Both the position numbers and the translations under genes were made by a program. From Laetmonice hystrix (taxonomy: Eukaryota), in contig OZ249436.1 of assembly GCA_965235115.1 (NCBI GenBank), positions 6,140,001 to 6,204,000 of the forward strand: a stretch of DNA of 64,000 nt. Direction: 5' to 3'. The notes below the pieces were generated by a model. The model made no database searches. It was given only the letters and a program-made list of their open reading frames with translations, and was not told the DNA's origin. Positions 27,106-41,204 of the stretch are shown here, in pieces (position 1 is the first letter of the stretch; the number at the start of each line of letters is the position of its first letter).

Positions 27106-27331
27106 TACACATCCACGTGTCCATTGACACATACAACGTGAAGTTATCACTACACATCCACGTGTCCATTGACACATACAACGTGAAGTTATCACTACAC
27201 ATCCACGTGTCCATTGACACATACAACGTGAAGTTATCACTACACATCCACGTGTCCATTGACACATACAACGTGAAGTTATCACTACACATCCACGTGT
27301 CCATTGACACATACAACGTGAAGTTATCACT
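27106..27331. repeat. 45-bp tandem repeat, 5 perfect copies
   Basis: Unit TACACATCCACGTGTCCATTGACACATACAACGTGAAGTTATCAC. Confidence 0.96.
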
Positions 27332-29530
27332 AGCTCTCAGACTTGACTCTAGTCGTGGTTCGTATTATAATATAGATGAACACTGAATCAAGTGACAGAG
27401 ATATAATTATAGCTCTAGGAGCTCTACGCGTCCTGATCACTATTAATGTTTGGTAAGAGGTTGACAGGAACGCCGTCTGGGGTAAAGGGTATAATTTATC
27501 TCCATGATCTATTGATGATCAATTAAAGATGGCCGTAACAGGTACTTTACCGTGTCTGTGTGACACCTACCATTTCCATTCCGTGGCGCCACCATGCATG
27601 GCCGCTCTATAAAGGTAGCTGTACGTAAGGAGCTGATTCTGAATGAGCCGGGGGTCCGAGCCTATTACCCCCCCCCCTTGGTCCCCAACTCTGTGGGTGG
27701 GGGTCCGTACCCCCCTCTGGCTATTACCCACTGATCGCTAACCCAGCCATTCCCCGCCAAGCAGATGTCCGCCGTAATGGCGATGTTCACCACATCAACT
27801 GTCTGCATACAAAGTAATGAATTTTCTAGGGGGAAATGGATTGGCTGAAAGAGTGGAAGTTTAAATTGAAAAGTGATATGTCGATGGTCATTGTTGGTCG
27901 GAGTGGGCGGAACGTCACTTGTGATCGGGTCAGTACTTGATGGACGATGGTCATTACCATTGTCTGACCACTACTGACCGACGCATACCTATACACATAC
28001 CAAACACCCTCCTATACACACGGGCGACAGTCGCACACTTAATTTTTCCACCTTTAATTTGAGTCCCCGGCTCGTCCTGGCCCGGGCGTATAATGGCGAA
28101 TTCACGTCTGTGAAAATGCTCGGTTGTACAAAGAAATTCAATTACATTGACGTTTACGACAGGATCATAAATTTCCTTTAAGGCCATAAATCACGCAGTA
28201 GAATCGAATTTCTATCCGTGCAAATGAACAAAACAAATATGTAGGTTCACGTTAAGCACCTGTAATTTACATGGAAATAGCAGCTTTCTTGTCGGGCCAG
28301 TTGCTTATTATTTAAGTTCGATAGAATTGTAAATGAAGAGTTACGCTGATGTTTTGTACAGAGCGCGGACTTAGTTAGCAGGACGACGGGGCGTGGAGGC
28401 TGAGAGAGCCAGGTATCGAGGGTCAGGCGGTCTATGCGTGAGAAACTTTATTTACGACAATGTTAGTAAGGTCAGTCCATTCTTCTCCACCCTCGGCGGT
28501 AGCTGTAAGCTCGGCCCACAAAGAACCGTAGTTAATGACACGAGAAGGGCCATCAGAACGCTGTGTGCTATACATACATTACCTGCGTTTCTTTCAGCTG
28601 CGTACATTGAGAATTACGACCACCTTAATATTAACGGATGGCCTCTCCACACTAATCTGACCGACCACGTTTATTAATTTATCACGTTTAGTTTTTCACA
28701 CCCTCTCAGTAACTGGTCACACCAGCACGCATTCAACAGTTATTATTTTGGAAAAAGTCTGATGTTTGTGTTTTAAGGATTTGAAGTGGGAGACTTGGTG
28801 GTATTCAACCCTAATATACGACACTGCATGTGGTCAATCCTTGAACTGATCTAAACGTCCATTGGTTGCTTGTCTGGGCTTGCTCTAGCGAATGTCATGA
28901 CTTCAGACGTGGTCGGCATCGTACGGTAATTCAACATTAGTATTAATGAAGTACGGCTCCAGTTGATGGCTTCCAACTGCAGAGGTTGGCACCTCGTGCT
29001 AGCTTCAATTCAAGGCGCCGTTAGCCGGGCGCTGGACCAGGCTAGTCGACTTCCGTCACCTGGGAGATATTAGCGAGTATCTAGCGGAGGACTAAGTGGA
29101 CACGATGGGACCGCCCCATCGTCTGACGTGTTGGAACGCGCCTCTAGGACAACTGACAATACGCCGTCCATGTCAGGAGACCAAATTACCCCCCCCCCCC
29201 CCATCACCCCTCCCCGGGCCGGCCTAACCCCCCTCCCTCTCTACCCAACGTGGGCACGTGTTGTGGGAGGGGGTACATACGGGACGTGGAGGGGGAGGGG
29301 GGGGCGATATTGGACTGTGATCTATCTACCGTCCCGGTAAAAGGCACTGGAAGGAAGGAGACGTTCCAGTGGGGAATCTCGATTGAAACAAGCTGGCGAG
29401 AAATCGTAAATGATTGTGGTTGTCGGGTCTCGCTAAACGGAGGCAAGAAAGACGGCTTTGAAAAGTCGGCGGGTTTGTTGGAGCGGTCAACGGGCCTTTT
29501 GGTGGTCTCTGGGCGGGCGATCTATCAGTG

Positions 29531-29970
<440 letters not shown>

Positions 29971-30044
29971 GGTAGAGGTTACCATGTGGGGATGATAAAG
30001 AATCAAAGTATACATGAAGTCTTTCATGCACGAACGATGAGTCG

Positions 30045-30657
30045 ATGTATGGTATGGGGCAGGCTGGGTATGGTATGGGGCAGTCTGGGTATGGTATGGG
30101 GTAGGCTGGGTATGGTATGGGGCAGGCTGAGTATGGTATGGGGTAGGCTGGGTATGGTATGGGGTAGGCTGGGTATAGGAGCAGGCTGGGGATGAATCGA
30201 TGTATGGTATGGGGCAGGCTGGGTATGGTGTAGGGGCAGGCTGGATATGGTATGGGGCAGGCTGGGTATGGTATGGGGCAGGCTGGGTATGGTATGGTGT
30301 AGGCTGGGTATGGTATGGGGCAGGCTGGGTATGGTATGGTGTAGGCTGGGTATGGTATGGTGTAGGCTGGAGGTGAGTCGATGTATGGTATGGGGTAGGC
30401 TGGGGGTGGTATGGGGTAGGCTGGGGGTGGTATGGGGTAGGCTGGGGGTGAGTCGATGGTGTAGGGGCAGACTGGGGGTGGTATGGGGCAGGCTGGGGGT
30501 GGTATGGGGCAGGCTGTGGGTGGTATGGGGTAGGCTGGGGGTGGTATGGGGTAGGCTGGGGGTGGTATGGGGTAGGCTGGGGGTGGTATGGGGCAGGCTG
30601 GATATGGTATGGTGTAGGCTGGGATGAGTCGATGGTGTAGGGGAAGACTGGGGGTGG
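30045..30657. repeat. 21-bp G-rich minisatellite
   Basis: Unit GTATGGTATGGGGCAGGCTGG, drifting to GGGTGGTATGGGGTAGGCTGG, with interspersed GAGTCGAT modules. Confidence 0.94.
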
Positions 30658-31917
30658 TCTCATCTCATGATATACCCGGTGATTGTGTACGTTATGTAGA
30701 CTCCTCCATCATGAGTGAGCTCTACAACTGCTGCAGATTCTCCTCAATGTTAATGGTCTGGTTCTAGCAATGATATTGATGTCCTCCAAGATTGCGTGTG
30801 TATGATTGTTTCCAAATATAGTTTCTTGTCAATTAATATCGCCGCCTTTTATGCCATTATTTGAAAGTACAATAATGTATGTTTCACTGCAATGATCAAA
30901 AATCATAAATGGAATCAGAATCTGTCACATTGTCATTATGTATGCATTATACATTTTCCGTTGTCTCCTATTTTTTTTTATTATTTTTTTATTTCCATAA
31001 CTTTGACCAGTATAAAGGGACTCGGTAGTGTCCGGTCTTCCGTCCGTTCTGCCCTGGACTAAAATTTGAGTTCCTCACAAGTTTTTGTTTTACATGTATT
31101 TAGATATTTACTTCTCTGCTTGCCTCTATGCCCGATATCCTATAGCAACCAATCCTGTGCATATATCACCATTAGTTGTGTAATACATGTAGAATGCCGA
31201 GTTCTCGCTGCAGGAAACATTCATCTGCCCAGGGAACGACTTCAACCGGAAGTGACGACATAACCCCAGATCACGCGCGGCTAGACGCGTGACTTGACAT
31301 GCGCAGTGAAGGGCTGAGCTCCCGGGGGCCCAGTTTGTTGACAGGAAGGGCCTGTACCCGACGATTGAGTCAACCCACCCGGCCTATACACCAGTCTTTG
31401 ATCCCGCTACCCGACGTCGTTGGTGGCGAAGGCTGTGAGTTGGGAGAAATAAACTTGTATTGACGTGTGAGGGGCGGTTGAGATGGAGCAGACCTACTGC
31501 ATGGCAGCCTCAGGACGGTAGACTTCAACGCGCGCCACAAAAACTCCTATCTGGCCGCCAGAAGTTGTATTTTTTTCGGGTAGTGAGAAATCCACCCCTT
31601 CGTTTGATCGCCTCACACCTAGATGAGTGTGTTGAAATCGTAGCCGATCGTGATGGAAAACCGACACTTGATTTGAGATAGTGTTGGGTTTGAGGGGAGC
31701 AAACGAAGGAAACATGACCGGCCAGTGCTGATACTCCCTCGTTTACAAACTCGTCACTTGCCTGGTTGGTCGATGGCCAGGGTGTGACAGAGATGATGTG
31801 AGATGTACCCCCTGACCCTGTGGTATGTATAGAGACCATATTAAGAAACACCTCTGATATAAGCTATAGGGGTGGGGGTGGGTGGGGGTATGGTGGGGTT
31901 AGGGGAGAATCATATAT

Positions 31918-32821
31918 ACTCTACTTGCTGGGCGGTCGGTCACACACAGACCTTCTCTACTCCACTCGCTGGGCGGTCGGTCACACACAGACCTTCTCTA
32001 CTCTACTCGTTAGGCCGTCGGTCACACACAGACCTTCTCTACTCGACTCGTTAGGCCGTCGGTCACACACAGACCTTATTCTCTACTCCACTCGCTGGGC
32101 GGTCGGTCACACACAGATCTTCTCTACTCTACTCGCTAAGCCGTCGGTCACACACAGACCTTCTCTACTCGACTCGTTAGGCCGTCGGTCACACACAGAC
32201 CTTATTCTCTACTCCACTCGCTGGGCGGTCGGTCACACACAGATCTTCTCTACCCTACTCGTTAGGCCGTCGGTCACACACAGACCTTCTCTACTCCACT
32301 CGCTGGGCGGTCGGTCACACACAGACCTTCTCTACTCCACTCGCTGGGCCGTCGGTCACACACAAACATTCTCTACTCCACTCGCTGGGCGGTCGGTCAC
32401 ACACAGACCTTCTCTACTCGACTCGTTAGGCCGTCGGTCACACACAGACCTTCTCTACTCTACTCGCTGGGCGGTCGGTCACACACAGACCTTCTCTACT
32501 CTACTCGCTGGGCGGTCGGTCACACACAGACCTTCTCTACTCCACTCGCTAGGCCGTCGGTCACACACAGACCTTCTCTACTCTACTCGTTAGACCGTCG
32601 GTCACACACAGACCTTCTCTACTCTACTCGTTAGACCGTCGGTCACACACAGACCTTCTCTACTCTACTCGCTAGGCCGTCGGTCACACACAGACCTTCT
32701 CTACTCTACTCGCTGGGCGGTCGGTCACACACAGACCTTCTCTACTCCACTGGCTGGGCCGTCGGTCACACACAGACCTTCCCTACTCCACTCGCTGGGC
32801 GGTCGGTCACACACAGACCTT
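31918..32821. repeat. 41-bp minisatellite, ~21 copies
   Basis: Unit GGCCGTCGGTCACACACAGACCTTCTCTACTCTACTCGTTA and variants. Confidence 0.96.
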
Positions 32822-32940
32822 GAGCTCTCCTATAACAGTATGAAATGTTACTTGAAACTGGTGTCCTGATGCTGCTATTTAAAATTAATGATACTAACCT
32901 CCCAGTCTGGACAAGAACAAAAGAGATCTTAATTGGTGAT

Positions 32941-33332
32941 AGTCTATCTCTTTGCGTAACTTTATTTGTCTTATACATGTACTGGCTGGTTTTGACAGTC
33001 TATCTCTTTGTGTAACTTTATTTGTCTTATACATGTACTGGCTGGTTTTGACAGTCTATCTCTTTGCGTAACTTTATTTGTCTTATACATGTACTGGCTG
33101 GTTTTGACAGTCTATCTCTTTGCGTAACTTTATTTGTCTTATATATGTACTGGCTGGTTTTGACAGTCTATCTCTTTGCGTAACTTTATTTGTCTTATAC
33201 ATGTACTGGCTGGTTTTGACAGTCTATCTCTTTGCGTAACTTTATTTGTCTTATACATGTACTGGCTGGTTTTGATAGTCTATCTCTTTGCGTAACTTTA
33301 TTTGTCTTATATATGTACTGGCTGGTTTTGAC
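32941..33332. repeat. 56-bp minisatellite, 7 copies
   Basis: Unit AGTCTATCTCTTTGCGTAACTTTATTTGTCTTATACATGTACTGGCTGGTTTTGAC. Confidence 0.96.
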
Positions 33333-33532
33333 AAGTGTAGAGTTGGTGCGAATCATAGATAACCACGGTACAAAAACCTTTCAACAAATAATCATAATGG
33401 TATTGGTCCTTTCTTTATTGTTATTATCATGCATTTATCAAATATTAATAAATAATTTTACTCTATTAATAATCGAAATGATTACTTTTCTGTGTGCGTA
33501 ATACTTAGTACTGCAGAAAGGCCGCGAGTAGA

Positions 33533-33818
33533 CGAGAGCGAGAGGGAGAGAGAGAGGAAGAGAGTGAGAGAGAGAGTGAAATAGATAGAGAGAGAGAGAG
33601 AGAGGAAGAGAGTGCGAGAGAGAGAGTGAGAGAGAGAGAGTGAGAGAGAGAGAGAGTGAGAGAGAGAGAGAGTGAGAGAGAGAGAGAGGAAGAGAGTGTG
33701 TGAGAGAGTGAGAGAGAGAGAGTGTGAGAGAGAGAGAGTGAGAGAGTGAGAGAGATAGAGAGATAGAGAGAGAGTGAGAGAGAGATAGAGAGAGTGAGAG
33801 AGTGAGAGATAGAGAGAG

Positions 33819-33862
<44 letters not shown>

Positions 33863-33897
33863 TGAGTGAGAGAGATAGAGAGAGATAAAGATAGAGA
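33533..33897. repeat. Compound (GA)n/(GAGT) microsatellite
   Basis: Seen directly in the sequence. Confidence 0.95.
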
Positions 33898-34633
33898 CTT
33901 CTAACACGTTAACATTCCTAACACCCGTCCTGGCTAGCCTACCCCTTCTCACCACACCCCACAAGATCAGTACACACAGCATCAAACGTTTGAAAAACAT
34001 ACACCCAACCTTCGCAATATATGGTTTTGCTAATTAAGTGTGTTGGTGCCGGAGTCTAGTGGGTGGGGCCGAGGACTGTGACAGCAGCAATGTGCTCTGA
34101 CGGGTCGGTTCGCATACCCCGCCATCAATCGGGCTGAAAAACGCCTCCAGAGCGGGAGCTAAACAAAGCACATGTCCGCCTCGTGTTCAGTTTGAAGGGC
34201 AAAAGCAGCCAATCTGTTTCCATCAATCACGAATTCTGCTCACGATGTGGCGATGTTTGACTGGGGGAAGGGATCCTGGGAGGTGTCGAAAGGTACGGCT
34301 GTCGGTGCCGACCGGGGAGCCGTGGCCCTGTCAGGAACCGCGCCATTCGGTTTGTAGCGTGTGTCCAGACCCGGCCAGTGGGCCAGCCCGTCCTCACTGA
34401 GCGCCTAGACCCCGGCTATCTGTCATCCGACCCACGCCAACACTGACATAATATATGGTCGATCAGTGCCAGGCGGTAGTTTTCAAGTTGGCCGCTTTAG
34501 CTGGTGTTTTCGCCACTTCAAGTGGGTGCATGACAGTGTTTATAGAAAAGGCTGTCGTCTGCTTTGCCTCAACTCTCGCCTGACTGTTTCTAGCCGGTCT
34601 GTAACACGGAAGTGTATACACAAACCCACCCAT

Positions 34634-35195
34634 ACAAACTCGGTGACGTCTCTGGGTACCAGGCGCTCCAAAATGTCGACCCTGGACCGGGTTGACGGAA
34701 GCCTAGGCGGCGGGTACACGGGTCTCAAACACTCGGACCAAGTCTCTGGGTGCCAGGCGCTCCAAATGTCGACCCTGGACCGGGTTGACGGAAACCTAGG
34801 CGGCGGGTACACGGTCCCAAACACTCGGACCAAGTCTCTGGGTGCCAGGCACTCCAAAATGTCGACCCTGGACCGGGTTGACGGAAACCTAGGCGGCGGG
34901 GACACGGGTCCCAAACACTCGGACCAAGTCTCTGGGTGCCAGGCGCTCCAAAATGTCGACCCTGGACCGGGTTGACGGAAACCTAGGCGGCGGGTACACG
35001 GTCCCAAACACTCGGACCAAGTCTGGGTACCAGGCGCTCCAAAATGTCGACCCTGGACCGGGTTGACGGAAGCCTAGGCGGCGGGTACACGGTCCCAAAC
35101 ACTCGGACCAAGTCTCTGGGTGCCAGGCGCTCCAAAATGTCGACCCTGGACCAGGTTGACGAAAACCTAGGCGGCGGGGACAAGGTCCCAAACAC
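34634..35195. repeat. ~93-bp minisatellite, 6 copies
   Basis: Unit CAAACACTCGGACCAAGTCTCTGGGTGCCAGGCGCTCCAAAATGTCGACCCTGGACCGGGTTGACGGAAACCTAGGCGGCGGGTACACGGTCC. Confidence 0.95.
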
Positions 35196-36249
35196 TAAGT
35201 CAATGTTGACTGCTGATTAAAATCACAGCCGCGAACATTAAAAATTAAATATCGCCTTTGTCCGAATCCATTCTTATTTTATCAGACAAGTTCACGTTGT
35301 AAAGAACCCTATACGTTCCCCTGCTGTGAATCACCTGCAAACTATCGGTAAAAACCCGACCACCTTGGAAGCCATTCGTGCACGCGGGTCAAATGCGTGT
35401 GCGCTTGGTCTGCGATGGTCGGGCCACAATGTCAATATATTCTTGTTAACTCAGACTTTTGTGCCTCGTTAATTTTCACCCGTGGGGGTAGGAGGGTTTG
35501 GGTGTCGGGGGGAGCGAAATCTGAGCCGAGTTAAAAGGCGAGTTGGCCGTGCCTGTTTTTGCTTATTTTGTCCGGGTCTCGCCGGTTCAACACACTAAGT
35601 ACGTCGACCAGACACTAAATCATCCCCACGGACGCGCTACATTCACGGGCTTTCATGCCAACCATTCATTTATGAATATTTTATATTCGAAATATCGTGC
35701 TCGCTGAACCGTGCTCACTTTATCTTTCGCCACCTTCCGCGCTGCAGCGAGGCGAGCGAGGCGATTGGCAGGACGGCCAGAATGAGCGGAGCCAACATCT
35801 ATAATGGTCGGAACAGCTGCATTCAACACAACTTCTGCCCTACCGACTCGGGTCTGCGCACGCCAGCCCCAACTCGTCCCTTCACCAGATCTATTCCAAT
35901 TTAGACGATCTGCTTTTCATTATGTTCATTTCACATGCTGTTGGTTATGATATGGGTTCTCTTTATTCGGAGGTAGAGAAATGATGGGGAGATAGGAGGC
36001 GGCCTCGGTATCATCTATCACTGACACTACCGTCTGCTGTGCTCTCTCATCCAGTTCACCTCTATCTCTTCCCACCCTCCGTTTATATAAAGATAGCTGC
36101 TATTTCTAGACGCTTGGTTGATTTAAGGTGGAATCCGACATATTGGCCGCTCTGACTTCCATTGTTAATTAGAACAGTCGAGGCGGTGACGTCGCTAGAG
36201 ATGACGGAACAGTTTTAGTGTTGATACTGATAACGATAACCAACAACCG

Positions 36250-36415
36250 TAACACATCAAGTCAACACTGGGAACTTTGATGTTAGATATATCAGGGGCC
36301 TATAGATCATGCAGCTGGGTCTCCACTTATATGTAACACATCAAGTCAACACTGGGAACTTTGATGTTAGATATATCAGGGGCCTATATATCATGCAGCT
36401 GGATCTCCACTCATA
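36250..36415. repeat. ~84-bp tandem duplication
   Basis: GTAACACATCAAGTCAACACTGGGAACTTTGATG...CTCCACT occurs twice. Confidence 0.9.
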
Positions 36416-38206
36416 TATAGATTACTTATAACTACGGCATATTGATATTTTAATGTCAAATGTATGACATTAATATGTAGTCATGTTTGTATATTTCTTT
36501 CCATTCATGTCAATTTGTATATAGAACGTCTATACTCCCGTTCGTCCCTGCGGTTGGGCACCGATGTACGCATCCACCCTTGGACATGGTGGGGCAAAAC
36601 TGAGATAAACATTTATTATTGACGAATTTAAGCCAGCTCCATTTTTCAACCAGAGAGATTTTTTCTGGAATGGGAGAATGAAGAAAGGCGGAGGCTAAGA
36701 TTTCATGGTTCAATTTGCTTCCAATTAGTAACTCAATTCATCATGATCCGTACACATGATTTGTAACCTGATTTTGCTGGTATACCAAGAAAGTGCTTGA
36801 ATTGATCGGATAATAATATCGGTCTTTTAGTTCTTTAAACAATTTCACGATGGAAAATTCACCCGGAGAAGTGCATTTGGTTCATTCAATGTAGGTACTC
36901 AGTTTGTTCGGTATAAAGTTTAATTCTTAAATATGTTATAATTTGCTAAACTTTCTAGGTTTTAAAAAAGGCAGTTGGATTAGGCATTTCACGCCAGCAG
37001 ATTTGGTAAACGTCATTCATGCAAATCATTTGATAAAGTTCATTTTTATTAATTGTACTTATGTTATTTCGCTCTCTTAAAAAATCGTTGTTAGTCGAAC
37101 AATGTTTCAAATGACGCGATTTGCCATGCGTCAATCTTTTGGCACGTCACTGTGGCATGGCGTAATGCCAAAACATGCTGTGAATTTATTTATATAAAAT
37201 TAAACGTGTCAATATCAATCGTTTCCAGGCATGTTATCGCAACATTTCGATAAACTCTTTCAGTCGATGTTCTGGCTCGCCTGCTGATTCTCCCAGGACG
37301 GTGGCCTGGTTAGATCCTTCATTTAGCTGTCGACCCGTCAATCCGATCAGTGTTCGCTCCGTCAGTCGTACCGACCGTCCGCCCGGCATGCCGTCCAACT
37401 TCTACACATACAGCACCCGTCACAACTCATTCCACACACTCACTGAGTACAAATAGTTACCTGTAGAACATACATCCCGCTGGAAATAATAGCGACACAG
37501 GCGAAACTTTCAATTTTACCCCGTCGATAATTCCAACACGAATGTTACTTACAGAGAGTGACGGCTCGGCATCGATAAGCTGTACGCGTGATGCGATGTG
37601 GTTTGACGGGCTAAGGCGGCGTATGCAGAGATGTGAATGTTTAATGGCGAATCTTTTCTCTGGGGAACTATAGTGTGCATGTTCCTCCTCTATTGTTAAC
37701 TCATGCTGTACATGTTTGGAAGTTCTCAGAGGCGAACAATGCATGTCGCTGAGTGCGCTGCTTAGATTCATCAAATCTGGTTTTTTTCAAGGTCAAAAAG
37801 ACAATTAGCGACATTGCACTGGAAACGCAGGGGCAATAATGTCCAGATATATGTATGATATTTATTTATGTTGTACAATATATACAACAAATTTGTAAGT
37901 GTAGAGGTAATAGTTCACTTACATGCATGAATTTATAAATAGAATTCTATTTCCATAACTTGGCAAACATGTATCAAATTATTGGAAGAACTATAGTTAA
38001 GAAGTAAATGCCTGATAAAAAGCACACATTATAGTACTACTTATACTTGAAGCCGTTCTTACTAAATACTCTAAATATATTGGCGTTAAACGGGAATCAT
38101 ATAACGATACAGGATTATCTCATTGTAGGTTTAATCCCAAGTAATGTTTCCTGTAGTCGATATTTCATCACGTTGGCATCTATTTATGAGACGGGCTTCA
38201 AACAAA

Positions 38207-38209
<3 letters not shown>

Positions 38210-38295
<86 letters not shown>

Positions 38296-38390
38296 AGAGA
38301 GACAGACAGAGAGAGAAAGAGGTCAGTGCCTGGCCTGTGCCTGGCCTGTGCCTGCCCTATGCCTACCCTGTGCCTGGTCTGTGCCTGGCC
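38210..38390. repeat. (GA)n followed by an 11-bp GTGCCTGGCCT-type repeat
   Basis: Seen directly in the sequence. Confidence 0.9.
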
Positions 38391-40999
38391 AGGGCGCACG
38401 GCGATACCGTGGCGACTTCCTTGATGTTGGTAAATCACCTCTTGCTTCATTAAGTGCTTTCATGTTTTCACACATTTCCCGTGCCAATTACGGACAATAA
38501 CGATCTGAAATTAACAACCCGAGGGCGCCCATTTCACGCGGGCCCAAGAGGCACGTCTTTAGGGCCATTAGTGGAGGCTGACCGGCGGGAGTAGCGCGAG
38601 TGGTCTGTCCCTCCCCTACCCCGGCCTTGTCATCAGCGCCCCCCGACCCGCTCCCCACCTACAACTATACAAAGAAGGGGCGGTGCAATCGATGACATTA
38701 AGTACAGTACCAAGGAGGGCCTGTTCAATGACGGCTCACACCAGGCGTTTGCCGGTCGTGCTGTGTTTGTGAGGTTTTTTTGTAAGCCCCTACAGGCGGC
38801 TCCATTGATGTGTTCCGATATAATACTCCTCCCAAGTGGCCATGACAATGACCCACGTCGTGGGGGACATCTTTACCCAGCTCGGTCTCGGTAAGGGGGT
38901 GTCGCTGGACACACCACGCCTACCCCTCACAGTGTACGTCCTTGCTTACCTAGTGATGAGATATGTAGGTGGTGTGCCATGAATGGGTCGGTGGGTATCA
39001 GGCCAGCAGATAGCAGAGGTGGAGAGCTGAGGTGTCGTTTGTCATGGCGTAAGAACACGGTAGGGTGATATGGTAGACAACTTGGGTGAGGCAGTTATAT
39101 AAAGTGGTGTAATCAACCTAAGTAGGTTGTTACCGAGAGTTTTTCTGTCACGCTATGCCTGCTAAAAAGAGAAATTAAAAGTTATCCTATAAAGAACCGC
39201 TATTGGGTGTTCATTTTGACAGTGATGTTAATTGTGAACCACAAAGAATGTAATTGAGTTAACTGTTTGAGGGCGAATAGAGAGACATTATGTAGACCTC
39301 TCACTCGTCGAAGGCACAGAGACAGACGGAGATGAACCAGGGTCATATATAAATCTGTGTTTGTATGTTGGATTTAATCTGTTATTAGACCATGAAAGTT
39401 CTATACAATGATGTCTTATTTAGGCATACCATGAATCGAGATTTAGCGCTCCCCAATCCCCAATGATAAGGTACACCCTTACACCCAAGCCGACATTGCT
39501 ATTGATTGAATGCGCGTGTAATATTTAGCCTTTAGTTTGAGTTCCTTGAGATTGTACACATTTTCCGTAGTTTGACATGGAGTATTACACGGAAGGTATT
39601 TATTGTCAGCAGGTTGCTGCAGGACGATGGTGTCGGGAGACGGTAGTAAATGGCGGCTAGGCGCCGGTCAGGGGGACAATATGCCGCGCGCGTGACTCCT
39701 ACCGTTTTTATTTATGACAAATGACGAGGCATCTGACAGGCCCAAGAGGGGCCATCTCCTGGCTTGACCCCTTACCAACATTTGGAAACCAAAAAATGAC
39801 AATATTGAACAAAAAGTCGGTGACATGGCGACAAAGACTGGCCGAGTGCAGAGAGTGGGGAGAAAGGGTGATTGTTGAACAATGACGCGCTGACTTGTGG
39901 GGGAGGCAGACGACAGTGCGCGAGGCGGCACAATATCACCATTGGCAACAGAAGGCCATCCGACACGCTGCGTGGGGTGGTTAGCTTGTCACTTCTTGAC
40001 GCTGATTGGTAGAGCAAAGTCGACATTCACGCCACATCTCTTCGCAACCACGGTCATTTACCAGTATGAACCTTTGGTGGACAATAGCAGTTCTTCAATT
40101 ATTGCACCAGCTATGCTGTTTACATCTTTATCCAGACCATCTAACGCTTACTTCGTTCCTCTTTTTGATATAAAAAGGGACGTTTCGGAATAAATATCTA
40201 TTCTAGTTTGTATTTTCACATATCTCAATTTGCTTATCCTCCATAGTTTTGGAAAAAATTGTTGAGATTCTTTTTTTTATAAATTAAAGTGTGCAGAGTA
40301 TCCATGGGTCCGCTTACAGGATTCAAACTAAAGCAAAACAAGCCACCATCGTTCCATGACAGGGGCCGAGTGTTCGCTCTGTGAGCCAAGGGCTCACATC
40401 CTAAACACATGTGGTGTTACTTTACAGGCAATGGAGGATGAGCCGCGGTGGCAAACTTGTCAAAAGCCATTTTATCACTTCAGATCGACGCGATCAAGTC
40501 AAAACAAAATCTGGATTTGACAGTCCACCTACTTTAACAAACGATCTTCCAGCCGTGTAGATTTCCTTGCCCGAGGGCCACTTTCACCTGCTTTCCTTTG
40601 ATGCATCACCGTCACTCATTTCGAAACGTTCCTATCAAATCTACCTATAGGCCTACACGATATCACCAGCTACTCAAGACTGCTTGCGCTCTTGAAACGT
40701 CGGGCCGAGACGTGGCGATAATGGGGGTATTTTGTCGACGCGAGAAGGCGGCTCAGTTTCACCACCTCTGGCAGTTTTGCCCCCCTTCGTTGACAGCAAT
40801 GTCCCACTAAGGTGATAATTTGGGGGAGAGTATGTCACGGCGTCCTGAAACCGACTGGGCTGTTTTATAATATACGGATCACCTGGAGAGAGCCAAGGGG
40901 TTAATAGTGGACAACTGGGGGCGGCCATGATTGTAGGTCCTATCTCGGTCTTATCAAAACTGAACTCTGTCAGCCTGTCGTCAAAGGTGTGGGGCTTGT

Positions 41000-41204
41000 G
41001 GGAGCTGGAAACCCAAATACGTGTAGTAAAGTCTACCTTTGATACATTCTAAATGAGTAATAGGCCTACCTGTGTAATGGTGGCGTTCTGGGTACACATA
41101 TCTCGGCTTGGAGCTGGAACCTTGAATAGTATAAAGTCTACCTTTGATACATTCTAAATGAGTAATACCTGTGTAATGGTGGCGTTCTGGGTACACATAT
41201 CTCG
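41000..41204. repeat. ~105-bp tandem duplication
   Basis: GGAGCTGGAA...AAAGTCTACCTTTGATACATTCTAAATGAGTAATA...GGGTACACATATCTCG occurs twice. Confidence 0.88.

Noticed and set aside
36500..36960. Possible decayed transposase fragment on the minus strand
   Set aside because: Only short protein-like stretches in shifting frames, with no family-diagnostic motif.
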